Assembly: GCA_965223295.1 (NCBI GenBank)
Contig: CBDCWC010000003.1
Span: forward strand, 96,001 to 160,000
Source of the DNA: Nitrospirales bacterium
Lineage (GTDB): Bacteria; Nitrospirota; Nitrospiria; Nitrospirales; UBA8639
Length of the DNA: 64,000 nucleotides
Reading direction: 5' to 3'
Shown: positions 9,138-19,260 of the stretch, in pieces
Numbering within the stretch: position 1 is the stretch's first letter
Layout of the letters: the number at the start of each line of letters is the position of its first letter
The notes under the pieces: generated by a model
Told to the model about the DNA's origin: nothing
The model's database searches: none
What the model saw: only the letters and a program-made list of their open reading frames with translations
Program-made: the position numbers and the translations under genes

Positions 9138-10196
9138 ATGAATGCAGTTTGTCCATCTTTCGACATTGGTCCACTCATTCGTCTTGTCACCGTATTACTT
9201 TCATTTTGTGTTGGTTCCTGGCCCCTAACAGGATTCGCTCACCCAGCAGGAGACTTTTACCACCAAGCGGTCGAAGCCATTCAGACTCAGAATCTTCAAG
9301 AGGCTGAATCTTTACTTCATAAGGCCATTTCTGAATTCCCCGCCTATGCCAAGGCTCATCATCTACTGGGACTGGTGCACTACCAGCTTACACAGGACCC
9401 TCATACCGCAATTTCTTCACTTCAACAGGCTGTTCACTTCAATTCCAACTTTGCTCAAGCCCACCATGACTTGGGTCTACTATTGTTAAAAGAAAAAAAG
9501 ATGGGAGAAGCACAACAAGCGCTTCAACAAGCCTTGACCCTGTACCCAAAATTTTGGGAAGCCCGGCTCACATTAGCCAAAACCTTAGACCAAACCGGAG
9601 CAACAGACAAAGCTCTGGAAGAATATGAAACCGTCTTGGACCAAGAGCCTTCCTCCACGGAGGCACTATTTCATTTGGCCTATCATCTTATGCAAAGGAA
9701 TCAACACAACCAGGCTCATGCTCTCCTTACCCGTCTGACAACCCATGACCCACAACATGCTGAAGGCTGGCATTTACTCGGCCGTCTTTTCGAGCAGACC
9801 CAGCAAATCGATCAAGCCACTGATGCCTACCGGCACGTTTTGAAGAACAACCCAGAGCATGCCGAAGCCCATTACAATTTGGGGTTTCTCTATCAACAAG
9901 ACAATGAAACGCAAAAAGCTATTGCGCACTTTCAGCAAGTGGTGCAATTAACACCCACAGATGCTGAAGCCTATTTTAATTTGGGTGTACTCTTTGTCTC
10001 AGAAAAGCAGTTGGATCAGGCAGAGGTCGCCTATCAGAAAGGCCTAGAATTACAGCCAGAATCCATGGAGGGGCAATTCAATATGGGAGCTTTTTATGAA
10101 TTTCATAAAGAAGATCTGCAAAAGGCCAAACATCATTATAAAAAATATCTAGAACTGGGCGGCACTGATACACGCATTCAAAAACTCATGAAGTAA
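9138..10196 (+). CDS. Secreted TPR protein (paralog of 95-1141)
   Basis: TPR motifs. Shared C-terminus YEFH....KA...YK.Y..LGG.D.RI.KL. SD GGAGG before ATG 9138. Confidence 0.9.
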   Translation: MNAVCPSFDIGPLIRLVTVLLSFCVGSWPLTGFAHPAGDFYHQAVEAIQTQNLQEAESLLHKAISEFPAYAKAHHLLGLVHYQLTQDPHTAISSLQQAVHFNSNFAQAHHDLGLLLLKEKKMGEAQQALQQALTLYPKFWEARLTLAKTLDQTGATDKALEEYETVLDQEPSSTEALFHLAYHLMQRNQHNQAHALLTRLTTHDPQHAEGWHLLGRLFEQTQQIDQATDAYRHVLKNNPEHAEAHYNLGFLYQQDNETQKAIAHFQQVVQLTPTDAEAYFNLGVLFVSEKQLDQAEVAYQKGLELQPESMEGQFNMGAFYEFHKEDLQKAKHHYKKYLELGGTDTRIQKLMK

Positions 10197-10290
10197 TGGG
10201 AAAATCAGCAGTCTTAGCTACTGATAAATATTACATCTCTAGAAGGACAAGATTCATGGGAATACTCCCCTTTTCTCATATGAAGATTAT

Positions 10291-12390
10291 CTAGAAACTA
10301 AATTCTGTTGAAAAAATAGCATTGATGCCAGGAGCATTGATGCCCGATCCATGTTCCTGATAAGGCTGATCTAATATATTCAGGAGTGAAAGTCTAGCAA
10401 TCACGCCTGATCCAAAGTCATAACTTGAACGAAAATTCAGTGTGACCCAACCTGGAGTGCCATCAGGGTCGATCCGAGAATCGGACTGATCGCGGGGACT
10501 GAGACGGTCTTGTCGATTCGCAAATCGCACGAATGATTCCAACCGAAGTTTTGGTGTGAATTGATACGCTGCCCCAAATCGGCCATAGAGTGGAGAAATG
10601 CGATCAGCTGGGTTGGTCCGACCTCCACTAACGGTTTCCTTGCCCCAGGTAAAAGTAAGATTCCCAAAGACTTCCCCTTGTTCATGCCATAGCCATCGAA
10701 CACCCGTTTCAAATCCTAAAAGTGCCACTGCATTCACATTGGCATTTTGGACCACGACTCTCCCGTCATTGGTTATGGCCCCAGTAGGCACGGATTCAAT
10801 TTTATCCTCAATGTTGATGAGAAACCCAATCAATTCCCCCGAAAATTTTGGTGTTTCCCATTTGATGCCCGAGTCAACGCTCCATGCCTTTTCGGGCCCT
10901 AAATTCGTATTTGGAACATTGAACCGATTCCCTGGTCTCGCTCCTAAGGTTGAGAGGTCAAAAATATTTGGAGTGCGAATGGCTCTCCCAAAATTGGCAA
11001 CCAAATTTACAGACTTTGTCAAATGAAAAATTGTCCCCACATCCCCTGTAAATTCAGAGACCGACAAGTGCGTCCCAACAGAACGATCGGCTCTGGGTAC
11101 ATCAATATCGACATAACTCCAACGACCTCCCACTGTGACCTCCCATAGGGAAGAAAGTTGTACGGTCGTTTGTAGGTACACAGCTCCACTCGTGATCGAT
11201 GAATGATTGGCAAACCGGCTGGACACAGAGACAGTGTCCCCTGTGACCACATTTTGGCGTAGACGACGACTTCGTACTTCATCCCGGAGGACTTGAACGC
11301 CGTATTGAAACATTGCATACTCTTTCCAGTGGGAGAGCACTTTCAAATTAAACTCTAACAAGCGATCGCGATTTTCCTCTCGATCAACTTCAAGGCTGTC
11401 AAAATCGCGAATCTGCCGATCGTCGTTGATTTCTTGGAAACTCAGGTTAGCTTCAAGCCGATCAAAGAAAAAAGAATTCAGATTGTGGAGGTAGCGACCA
11501 TGAATAAACAGGCGGTTATTGGGTTTAAAAAAAAACTCAGAAGCACTGGGCTGCTCTTGCCCAAAGCCAGCATGTAATTGGTCAAAACGCGGAGTCTTCG
11601 GTTGTTCAAGGAATTGGACGTTTAGTAAAAAGTTTTGGTATTCGTCACCAATGAAGATTTTTCCATCTCCGGCAAAAGCATTAAAAGCAGAAGGACGTTG
11701 GTGACCGATATCACCCCCTCCCCGAACATCTTCATGGCCTTGATACGTAAATCCTCCACTTAGGCCTAGTCCTTCATAGCCGCCCTTTAGAGCTAATCGA
11801 GTCATCCGTGATAAATCCGCACTGCGAAACCCGCCATGAAGCGTTCCATCCCACGTCCAATTCGTTGTCTGAAAACGGGGGATGGGGGTCTGCACATTTA
11901 CCACTCCACCTATGGCTCCATTGCCATAGAGAGTAGGACTCGCTCCTCGGATCAAGTCAATCTGGTCTACGTTATGTGGATCTATTAAGGCAAAGTATTG
12001 GTTGGGAGCTGATCGAAAAATGGCATTATTCAAGCGCATGCCATCAACGAGCATCACAGTTGAACTGCCCAACAACCCTCGAAGAATCGGTGTTCCCTGT
12101 CCAGGTGTGGTTTCTTGAATGAACACCCCTGTTTCCCCACGAAGGGCATCAGAAAGAGTGTGTGGAGCTCGTTCTTTGATGATTTCCTTCTCGATCACGC
12201 TTTTTGCGGAAGAGACTTCAAACCAGGTTGGCTTTCCTTCTTTGGCCGATACCGTAACTACATCTAATTGCTCCACGCCGTCTTCTTGAAGAGGGATCTC
12301 CTGTGTTTCATGAGGATAATTTTTCCCTGATACCAAACTAGGTAAGGCTAATATTGAAACAAGGAAGATAAAGAGTAGAACACTTTTCAT
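10291..12390 (-). CDS. TonB-dependent outer-membrane receptor
   Basis: TonB box LDVVTVSA, plug motifs (PILRGL, LVDGMRLN, LYGNGAIGGVVN), terminal Phe. Start taken at MKSVLLF; the ORF is open to 12480. Confidence 0.93.
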   Translation of the reverse strand: MKSVLLFIFLVSILALPSLVSGKNYPHETQEIPLQEDGVEQLDVVTVSAKEGKPTWFEVSSAKSVIEKEIIKERAPHTLSDALRGETGVFIQETTPGQGTPILRGLLGSSTVMLVDGMRLNNAIFRSAPNQYFALIDPHNVDQIDLIRGASPTLYGNGAIGGVVNVQTPIPRFQTTNWTWDGTLHGGFRSADLSRMTRLALKGGYEGLGLSGGFTYQGHEDVRGGGDIGHQRPSAFNAFAGDGKIFIGDEYQNFLLNVQFLEQPKTPRFDQLHAGFGQEQPSASEFFFKPNNRLFIHGRYLHNLNSFFFDRLEANLSFQEINDDRQIRDFDSLEVDREENRDRLLEFNLKVLSHWKEYAMFQYGVQVLRDEVRSRRLRQNVVTGDTVSVSSRFANHSSITSGAVYLQTTVQLSSLWEVTVGGRWSYVDIDVPRADRSVGTHLSVSEFTGDVGTIFHLTKSVNLVANFGRAIRTPNIFDLSTLGARPGNRFNVPNTNLGPEKAWSVDSGIKWETPKFSGELIGFLINIEDKIESVPTGAITNDGRVVVQNANVNAVALLGFETGVRWLWHEQGEVFGNLTFTWGKETVSGGRTNPADRISPLYGRFGAAYQFTPKLRLESFVRFANRQDRLSPRDQSDSRIDPDGTPGWVTLNFRSSYDFGSGVIARLSLLNILDQPYQEHGSGINAPGINAIFSTEFSF

Positions 12391-12961
12391 GGGAAAGGAA
12401 GACCCGTAACTTCTCCAGGAATTTATCAGGGTTTCTTTGAGAAACGTCCTGAAGGGGAGAAAGTGCAGAGCCAACGACATTCGTGAAATGGCCTTGAGAC
12501 GATTTTGCGTAGTTATGGCCTAAGGGTAGCCATGGAGACTCTTGACACTCTTCGACAGACTGCAGAAGGAAACTTCAGACGAGATGATCAGTGAGCGGGG
12601 AATTTCCCGTGAGCACTGAAAAACCCTTCAAGGGGTACAACGATATAGTTCGGGGTTCGAAAAGAGGAATTGAATGGCTTCTCCTCAAGAGGAAATTTTT
12701 CTTATTTCTATGGGGATCTTCACGGAAACAGACGAAAATTCCTATAGATTCAAAAAAACCATTTACAAACAACAACTTGTACAAGCTCACTTGGAACGCG
12801 TGAAGGCAAAACTATGTATATATCTAACGCCTTTAAAATAAAGGATAATTTTCGTTTTGCGAGACTTTTTGTCCATTTGCATGAACAAACCCTAAAGGGA
12901 AGGAGAGTCTTTCGAGGCTAGTGGTAGAGTCCCGATTCAGCAAAAAGGCCCTTTAAAGTTC

Positions 12962-15900
12962 CTATTCCCTCCCTTCGTCCTCATCCTCATTACCTTCGTC
13001 ATCGCAACAAGCGTCTAGGCTCTGCGCGCTACAAACTTCATTATGATGCTTTTCACAACATCCTTTGTGACAATCGTCACAGCAATTCTTACAGCCGCAG
13101 TCGCCCCAGACCGTATAAGCCATAACGTCGAGAGTCTTTATGGGTGTATCAGGGTCATCGCTGGTGATGACCAATTCGCAACATCTCGGACATTTCTCGG
13201 TAGCCTTATACCGAATCAAGATATCCAAGCATGATCCTGGTTGGAGCGTTGCGGGAAATGGGTTATTGACCAACTTCCAATGCTTGCTCTTGCGTTTGAA
13301 CGCAACACTCATAACGTGTAGCTTACAATCACCCACGTTGCAGATAGAAATGGTGCGCTCCCCGAGACAACATGCTTTCACTCCCCCGATACACGTCGAG
13401 CCCGTGATGGCAAGTTTTCCAGAAGGCACATTTCCGGCTACGGCAATGCTCTTCGCACCAGTCGGATCGTCGCTTATGATCGTGATCGTACCCACTTTCG
13501 TTCCAAAACTGGTTGGTTCAAAGCGAATAGGAACCTGAACTGCGGTTCCGGCTGCAATCCGTATTGGATATGCCAAAACGTTAGGAACAATAAACTCTGC
13601 TGTAGCAGACGCAATGTTCGTTACCGTCAAGGTACATGCACCGCTATTCAGCAATGTCAAAGGTTGATCCATGAACGAGCCGATGCAGACATCACCGAAG
13701 TGGCCGGTATTAGCGACAATTAGGTCCAATTCCGGTGCTGGAGCTGACCCACGTACTTGTATCTGGGCAGGACTTGCCGGGTCATTGCTGAAGACGCGGA
13801 TCGTTGCGGCAGCAGCGCCCAACGCCGTCGGCTGGAAGCGAAGTGGAAGCTTGATCGATCCACCCCCACTGACAACGAGCGGGAAGGACACTACGCCGGG
13901 CACGATGAAGTCTGCCGGTGACGAAGAGGTGATCGAGTTGATTTCGAGCCGGCAGATGCCGGAATTGTTGATAACTAGATCGCGATCGATAAAGGAACCG
14001 AGGCAGGCCTCGCCGAAGTCGCCTGCGTCGGCGATGGCAATTTCGGCAGTGGCTACCCCACCGGTGCCGGTGGCCATCAGATCAACGTTCGGTGCGCCCG
14101 GGTCGTTGCTCCTGATCCGGATGGTCGCTGAATCGGTCACGCCTGGTGCCGTTGGCGTATAGCGAATAGTGAAATCGATCTCGCCGCCAGGTAATATTAA
14201 CAGCGGCGTGGCCGGAAATGGATCCACGTCGAATGCAGGCGAGCCCATGAGGCGCTGCACGCTGTGGATCACCAAGTTGTCGGTGCCGACATTGAAGATT
14301 TGCAACATCAGGTGGGCCGGCCCTTCGCACACCGTTCCGAAATCGAAGAATCCGAAGCTATTCTCAAGATTGACCGCAATCGACGGTCCAGTTGGCTTCA
14401 CAAATGAGAACACACCTCGGCCGAACGTCGCGGCCCGCAGCTCGCCCTGGTGATAGACCAGTTCAAACACCGGCGCGCCTGGGAAGTGAATGTCGTCGAG
14501 CACACTCCAATTCGCGCCGCCGTCGACGGAACGCAGCACGCCGAAGTCCGTCCCGGTATAGAGGGCCGTGGGCGTCTCGCTGCCATCGAGCGCGATGGCG
14601 TTGTGCGGAAGGTCAAGCGGCGGGGAGATGTCCGTCCAGGTCGCCGCTGTAAGCGAGGTACGGTAGACGTGCCCGCTGGGAGCGCCACTGAGCCCGCTGA
14701 GCACGGCGTAGATAGTCGCCGGATCGTTGGGATCGAAGGCAACACCCCCGACGGATCGACCGGGAAGGTTGCGAGTGATGTCACTGAAGGTGAAACCTCC
14801 CGGCTCGAGCGCGTTGGTGGAGACGAGAACCCGCCCCCCAACAGCGACGACCACGTTGTTGCTGTTGGTCATCGCGACGTCCACTTCACTGGCCCTTCCG
14901 GAGATCGACACCTGGTTCGGCCACGTCGCCCCGCCATCGGTGCTTTGCCAAAGGTTCTGGTTACTGCTTGCGTACACGACGCCGCCCGTGTTCGGGTCGG
15001 TCGCGACGGCGGCCAAAAAGATCCCCACTTCGGCGGGCGGCCACGGCGGCGAGATGCTTGCGTAGGAGACACCATCATCGATCGATCGCAGGATTGTCGC
15101 GTTGCTCCTCCCGTAAACCTGCGCCGGTATTTGCCCGTCGTGCGCAACCTCGAAGCCGTCGCCACCAACACCCCACTTCCAGGTCGGGGCGACTGCGTCG
15201 GCCGTCGTGACGATCCCGTTGTCCTGCAAAGCGCCATGTGTGACGCTCGCTGTTGCGTCCGGTTTGACGTCAAGGTTGTAGAACAGAGCGGCCTGGAAGC
15301 CGCCGCCATTGAGCGATGTGAAGTTGACGCCGCCCGTACTCCTGAAGATTCCTCCGTCATTGCCGGAGTATACGACGGAGAAGGGACCGGCCTGCGGCGC
15401 GAAACCCCATGTGTGGGTGTCGACGTGAAGCCCGTTCAACCCCGCGAAGCTCGAACCTGCGTCGGTGGACCTCGCTTGACTCTGCGCGCCGTAGTAGATC
15501 GTGTCGCTCACTCCATCTCCAGGGGACTGAGGATCGACCGCCATGTGGAAGGCGTAACCGCGGAAGCTCGTGCCGACAGCTGCCGCCAGCACCGCAGCTG
15601 TCGCTCGCGTGGTCCAGGCGCCGCCCTGGTTTGTGCTCTGAAACAGCCCAATTGAATCCGGCGTGCCGAACGGGACGCCTGTTCCGACCATCGTGGCGTA
15701 GAGCACCTGGATGCCCGCTGGGTTGGGCGGCAAAGTGGGCGGTGCCAACGCGACGACAACCTTGCTGAATCCGGTGAATCCGCCGCCCGCAATGGCGCCG
15801 GACACCGCCGGGTCGGTGGCGTTGAGGATCGTCGTCCAGTTCTGCCCACCATCGGTGGACTGCACCACGCCGACGCCGGTGACGCCAGCAAACAAGATGC

Positions 15901-16492
15901 GGTTGGCGGCAGGCGAGGTCTGGTCCAGGACCAACGAACGTACGTCTCCGGAAGGAACTATCCCCGGGGTCCAATTCAACCCGGCATCTATCGAAACAAA
16001 GAGGCCGCGATTGGACGCGAGGTAAATGATCTGGCTGTTAGCAGGATCGACGATGACGACGTTGATAGTCTGATTGAAGAAGATGCTCGCGTTACTGGGA
16101 GTGCTCAACGGGTAGGCGGAGCCGAGACGGATCCAACTCGCACCACCATCGGTCGACTTGAACAGCCCAGCCGACGGTTGTGTCGTATCGGTCGAGAACT
16201 GCGAGCCCTCTCGGTTGCTGGTTCCTACATAGAGAATGTCGGTATTGGTTGGGTCAATCGCTATCGCGCCGGGTCCGCCAATACCTAGGGACGGCGCGCG
16301 ATCGAAGATTGGCTTCCAATTCGTGCCACCATCCTGCGTTCGCCAGACTCCGCCCCACGCCGTGCCGATGAAAATGATGTTGGGATTGTTTGGGTTGACT
16401 CCGATGGCAGTGACTTGGCCATTCGCGGTAATCGCCCCTTCATCGATGGGGCTCGGACCTATGGGGGTCCACACCGTCCCGTTCAGGCTCAT
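12962..16492 (-). CDS. 1176-aa BNR/VPS10-type beta-propeller protein with four choice-of-anchor D/ASH Ig-like repeats and a Cys-rich acidic tail
   Basis: Repeated S.DGG..W Asp-boxes. Repeats of DFG.VC.G...I.N.G...L.I..I and SNDP. Tail CGCKNCCDDCHKGCC...CCDDEGNEDEDE. No signal peptide. Confidence 0.8.
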   Translation of the reverse strand: MSLNGTVWTPIGPSPIDEGAITANGQVTAIGVNPNNPNIIFIGTAWGGVWRTQDGGTNWKPIFDRAPSLGIGGPGAIAIDPTNTDILYVGTSNREGSQFSTDTTQPSAGLFKSTDGGASWIRLGSAYPLSTPSNASIFFNQTINVVIVDPANSQIIYLASNRGLFVSIDAGLNWTPGIVPSGDVRSLVLDQTSPAANRILFAGVTGVGVVQSTDGGQNWTTILNATDPAVSGAIAGGGFTGFSKVVVALAPPTLPPNPAGIQVLYATMVGTGVPFGTPDSIGLFQSTNQGGAWTTRATAAVLAAAVGTSFRGYAFHMAVDPQSPGDGVSDTIYYGAQSQARSTDAGSSFAGLNGLHVDTHTWGFAPQAGPFSVVYSGNDGGIFRSTGGVNFTSLNGGGFQAALFYNLDVKPDATASVTHGALQDNGIVTTADAVAPTWKWGVGGDGFEVAHDGQIPAQVYGRSNATILRSIDDGVSYASISPPWPPAEVGIFLAAVATDPNTGGVVYASSNQNLWQSTDGGATWPNQVSISGRASEVDVAMTNSNNVVVAVGGRVLVSTNALEPGGFTFSDITRNLPGRSVGGVAFDPNDPATIYAVLSGLSGAPSGHVYRTSLTAATWTDISPPLDLPHNAIALDGSETPTALYTGTDFGVLRSVDGGANWSVLDDIHFPGAPVFELVYHQGELRAATFGRGVFSFVKPTGPSIAVNLENSFGFFDFGTVCEGPAHLMLQIFNVGTDNLVIHSVQRLMGSPAFDVDPFPATPLLILPGGEIDFTIRYTPTAPGVTDSATIRIRSNDPGAPNVDLMATGTGGVATAEIAIADAGDFGEACLGSFIDRDLVINNSGICRLEINSITSSSPADFIVPGVVSFPLVVSGGGSIKLPLRFQPTALGAAAATIRVFSNDPASPAQIQVRGSAPAPELDLIVANTGHFGDVCIGSFMDQPLTLLNSGACTLTVTNIASATAEFIVPNVLAYPIRIAAGTAVQVPIRFEPTSFGTKVGTITIISDDPTGAKSIAVAGNVPSGKLAITGSTCIGGVKACCLGERTISICNVGDCKLHVMSVAFKRKSKHWKLVNNPFPATLQPGSCLDILIRYKATEKCPRCCELVITSDDPDTPIKTLDVMAYTVWGDCGCKNCCDDCHKGCCEKHHNEVCSAQSLDACCDDEGNEDEDEGRE

Positions 16493-16495
16493 TGT

Positions 16496-16852
16496 TCAAT
16501 CTCCTTTCCGACCCTCCTTTCCGTCCGCTTGCGCCTGACCCTCCTTTCCGTCCGCTTGCGCCTGACCCCGGGGGTGTTTCTCACCGGGAGTGGAATCGCC
16601 GACTGGATTCATTGGCGGCCTCACAATAGAGCCGGGTAGTCGATTCCACTGCTCGAGGGCGCGTGCGTACAATTCGGGGGTCGCCGGCAGTCCCCCTCGG
16701 AACCTTTGTCTCTCTATCTCGCGGTGCACCTCGGGATCGTCGTACGACTCTCGCTCAGGCTCATCCAGGCCATGCGGTTTGTCTCTCCGGTAGTCGTCCC
16801 TACCACCCTTGCCTTTGCCCTTTTCTTTGTCTTTGCCATTATCTTTCGCCAT
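16496..16852 (-). CDS. Small charged protein resembling a propeller pro-region
   Basis: SD GGAGG before ATG 16852. Motif RFRGGLPATPELYARALEQW. Stop lies 3 nt before the large gene's ATG. Confidence 0.7.
   Translation of the reverse strand: MAKDNGKDKEKGKGKGGRDDYRRDKPHGLDEPERESYDDPEVHREIERQRFRGGLPATPELYARALEQWNRLPGSIVRPPMNPVGDSTPGEKHPRGQAQADGKEGQAQADGKEGRKGD
16511..16564. repeat. 27-bp perfect tandem duplication
   Basis: ACCCTCCTTTCCGTCCGCTTGCGCCTG x2, encoding QAQADGKEG twice. Confidence 0.95.
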
Positions 16853-16864
16853 GGAACCCTCCAC

Positions 16865-17110
16865 TCACGTTGACTGAGGTTGAGTACCCGCTCGCTGCCA
16901 CTCGGTCCGAGCGAGCACGGAAAATGTCACCATCACTCCAATGAGTGCCACAACGAGCGCCCGCTCGAATGACCCGTCGCCGCCATCCGGCTCGACTCCG
17001 AACAGCACTTCGATCCAGTTGTGCCAGAATAGTGTGAGCACGAGGAGGATGCCGCTCACGAAAGCTAGGGTGCACTCGATCCAGAAACGGTTTCTAAGGT
17101 TTCTACGCAT
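16865..17110 (-). CDS. Small two-TM membrane protein
   Basis: Two hydrophobic segments flanking WIE.LFG.EPDGGDGSFE. SD AGGAG. First gene of the island operon. Confidence 0.75.
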   Translation of the reverse strand: MRRNLRNRFWIECTLAFVSGILLVLTLFWHNWIEVLFGVEPDGGDGSFERALVVALIGVMVTFSVLARTEWQRAGTQPQST

Positions 17111-17946
17111 GTCGACTCCTAATGTTCTATTATAATTACAGTTACGTCCCCGCGTTGGACTTCCTCATCTTTTTACAGTCTCACTTACATTTTCTAACAA
17201 ATTATTCCGTCATGCTATTTATCTCTTGCCGGCCGGTCAAAAAGATTAGTCGACGCAAAATTCTCTTTCTGTGTACGAAGAACATTTTAATGCCTGACCA
17301 TAGATCATGACGCATCATTGTGCTCACCTTAAGGTTCATAATTTTCATGAGATTTTGGCTGTTTTCTCTTCATGTCCACTTTCCTTCCTACCTATATTTG
17401 CTGCAATACATAGACCAGGTTTCCCCTTTAATTTTCGATGCCTAAAAAAGTTATACAATGCTTAAAAAGCTGTGTGTTTTGAGAAGATATAAAAGTGGTT
17501 AGGCAACGACAAATTGAGTAGTCCGTCCTGGAAAACGTATCCTTTTAGATACCTTCTTGTATCTAAATGGATAACAAATCTATTTGGGATTATTGAATAA
17601 GATAAGAAATTAAAATATCCATTCAGATATGAGCTTTTGGCTCTTTTCTCATGACTGCTCAACTTTGGTGTTCCCTTAAGTGCACCAAATGTGATCATAT
17701 TCGTTGAATAACATCAACCCTCAAATTTCGCTTGCCCCAATGTCCGAAGAACGCAGAACAAGAATACAGGCCGAGAGTGTAAAAGTTATGAATAGTGGGA
17801 GAGCGACCAAGTGAAAATATTTCGTAAAACTTAATCCTTTCGGGCAACGAATGCGGACAAATGTGCTGCTTCTCAAAGAACCTCTCGGAAATGATGTCTA
17901 TTTCCCAATCGGTTATATGGGCGGCAGACCGCGTTCTACAGTTCCA

Positions 17947-17975
17947 TTGACAGATATACGGCATTGCCGTACTAT
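17947..17975 (+). promoter_or_regulatory. Sigma70 promoter with antitoxin operator (leaderless transcript)
   Basis: TTGACA-17nt-TACTAT. Palindrome TACGGCA-T-TGCCGTA at 17957-17971. ATG begins 7 nt after the -10. Confidence 0.8.
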
Positions 17976-17981
17976 ATAGAT

Positions 17982-18326
17982 ATGCAGACCGTCGTAGAAT
18001 TGCCAGAATTTTTACGGCGGGCAAAACAAGTCGGCCTCTCCGAGGAAGAACGAGCAAACATCATTGAGAAGCTCGCGGCTCAGCCGGATCTAAGCGATGA
18101 AAGAGCAGAAACCGGAGGAATGCGAAAACTCCGTGTCGCAGCGAAGGGAAAGGGGAAGAGTCGAGGATACCGGGTGATCACCTTTTTTACTGGCTCTCTG
18201 ATGCCTGTCTTTCTGGTGACCGTTTACGCAAAGAACCAAAAGGACGATATTACCGATAAGGAGAAACAGACGATGAAATCCTTGTCAGCAATTCTCATCG
18301 ATTCATACAAGAGGGAAAGAACATGA
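17982..18326 (+). CDS. RelE/HigB2-type toxin
   Basis: MQTVVELPEF, TGGMRKLR, GKGKSRGYRVI.F, L.TVYAKN.K.DIT. Confidence 0.9.
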   Translation: MQTVVELPEFLRRAKQVGLSEEERANIIEKLAAQPDLSDERAETGGMRKLRVAAKGKGKSRGYRVITFFTGSLMPVFLVTVYAKNQKDDITDKEKQTMKSLSAILIDSYKRERT

Positions 18327-18625
18327 GCGAAATCGGCGAAAGCATGATGAAGGGAATGGAAGAAGCCGTGGCCTTTGCTAAAGGGGAACAAAAAAAAGGG
18401 ACCGTTGTTCATATTCCTGAAGAAATCAATGTCCAGCGGATCCGTAAAAAGCTGAATATGAGCCAAAATACGTTTGCCGAGTATTTTGGGGTTCCTGTAA
18501 AAACAATACAGGACTGGGAACAGGGTCGACGCGTTCCGTCGGGAGCCTCAAAAAATTTTCTCTTTGTCATTGACCAAGAACCTGAAGCGGTACGCCGAGC
18601 GCTCACAACGGCCACACCCGCTTAA
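18323..18625 (+). CDS. HigA2-type XRE antitoxin
   Basis: IRKKLNMSQ..FA..FGV...TIQDWEQGRR.PSG. ATGA overlap with the toxin gene. Confidence 0.9.
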   Translation: MSEIGESMMKGMEEAVAFAKGEQKKGTVVHIPEEINVQRIRKKLNMSQNTFAEYFGVPVKTIQDWEQGRRVPSGASKNFLFVIDQEPEAVRRALTTATPA

Positions 18626-19059
18626 CTCTTCCAGGGAACTCACAATTCCATACAGGTGTCTTCCCATCAAGAGGACACCGATCAGTCAACTCTGGTACTG
18701 GCGGAAGTATCACCAACCATGCTTTAGGGCCAATAGTAGTGACGAACCATTTATGGCCCGCACCATTTCAGCTCTCACCGTCTGTCACGTTTGCACATGC
18801 CTCCCTGTATTCCACTATGCTCCGCTACTTCGCCATTGTTCAAGCTGACAACCTTCCCGTTTGTTCATTTGTATGTTCTTCTGGCTGGAAAACAAATCAA
18901 GATCATTTCAGAAGATTCCTGCTAGAGGCTCTCGACTATGTTGAACACCACACCCAACACCTCTTCGTAATCGAATGATGCTCTTACTTTCTCACAAAGC
19001 CGGATTACAAGCCAAAGGCATCAGCGCCTTGCAATGGATTATGGTAACGGATGGGAAAG

Positions 19060-19260
19060 GAAATCTATTGGATGCGTTAGAGCTTCACGATTCGGCAACG
19101 AAAGGAAAGAACGGTCCATCCCGCTTCACCGAGCATTACATGCCGCTTTGATCCTCTTGAACCATAGTCGTTGTCCGAGTTTAGAAGATCCCATCATTGC
19201 GTCATCAGATAGTGGACCAATGACTGCAGCAAGCGTCGTAAATTGGTTTTGGTATCTGGT
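19060..19260 (+). pseudogene. Tyrosine recombinase/integrase fragment
   Basis: KERSIPLH..L.AAL...PII.S..GPMTA.SVVNWF resembles the integrase mid-region. No catalytic HxxR or Tyr region present. Confidence 0.55.

Noticed and set aside
12400-12960. Cobalamin or c-di-GMP riboswitch upstream of the TonB-dependent receptor
   Set aside because: Only short partial matches (GGGAA..CCCCGC, ACGCAAA). The core architecture is missing.
14392-16639. Long antisense and alternative-frame ORFs, e.g. 14450-15655
   Set aside because: Shadow ORFs of a high-GC coding gene, with no recognisable motifs.
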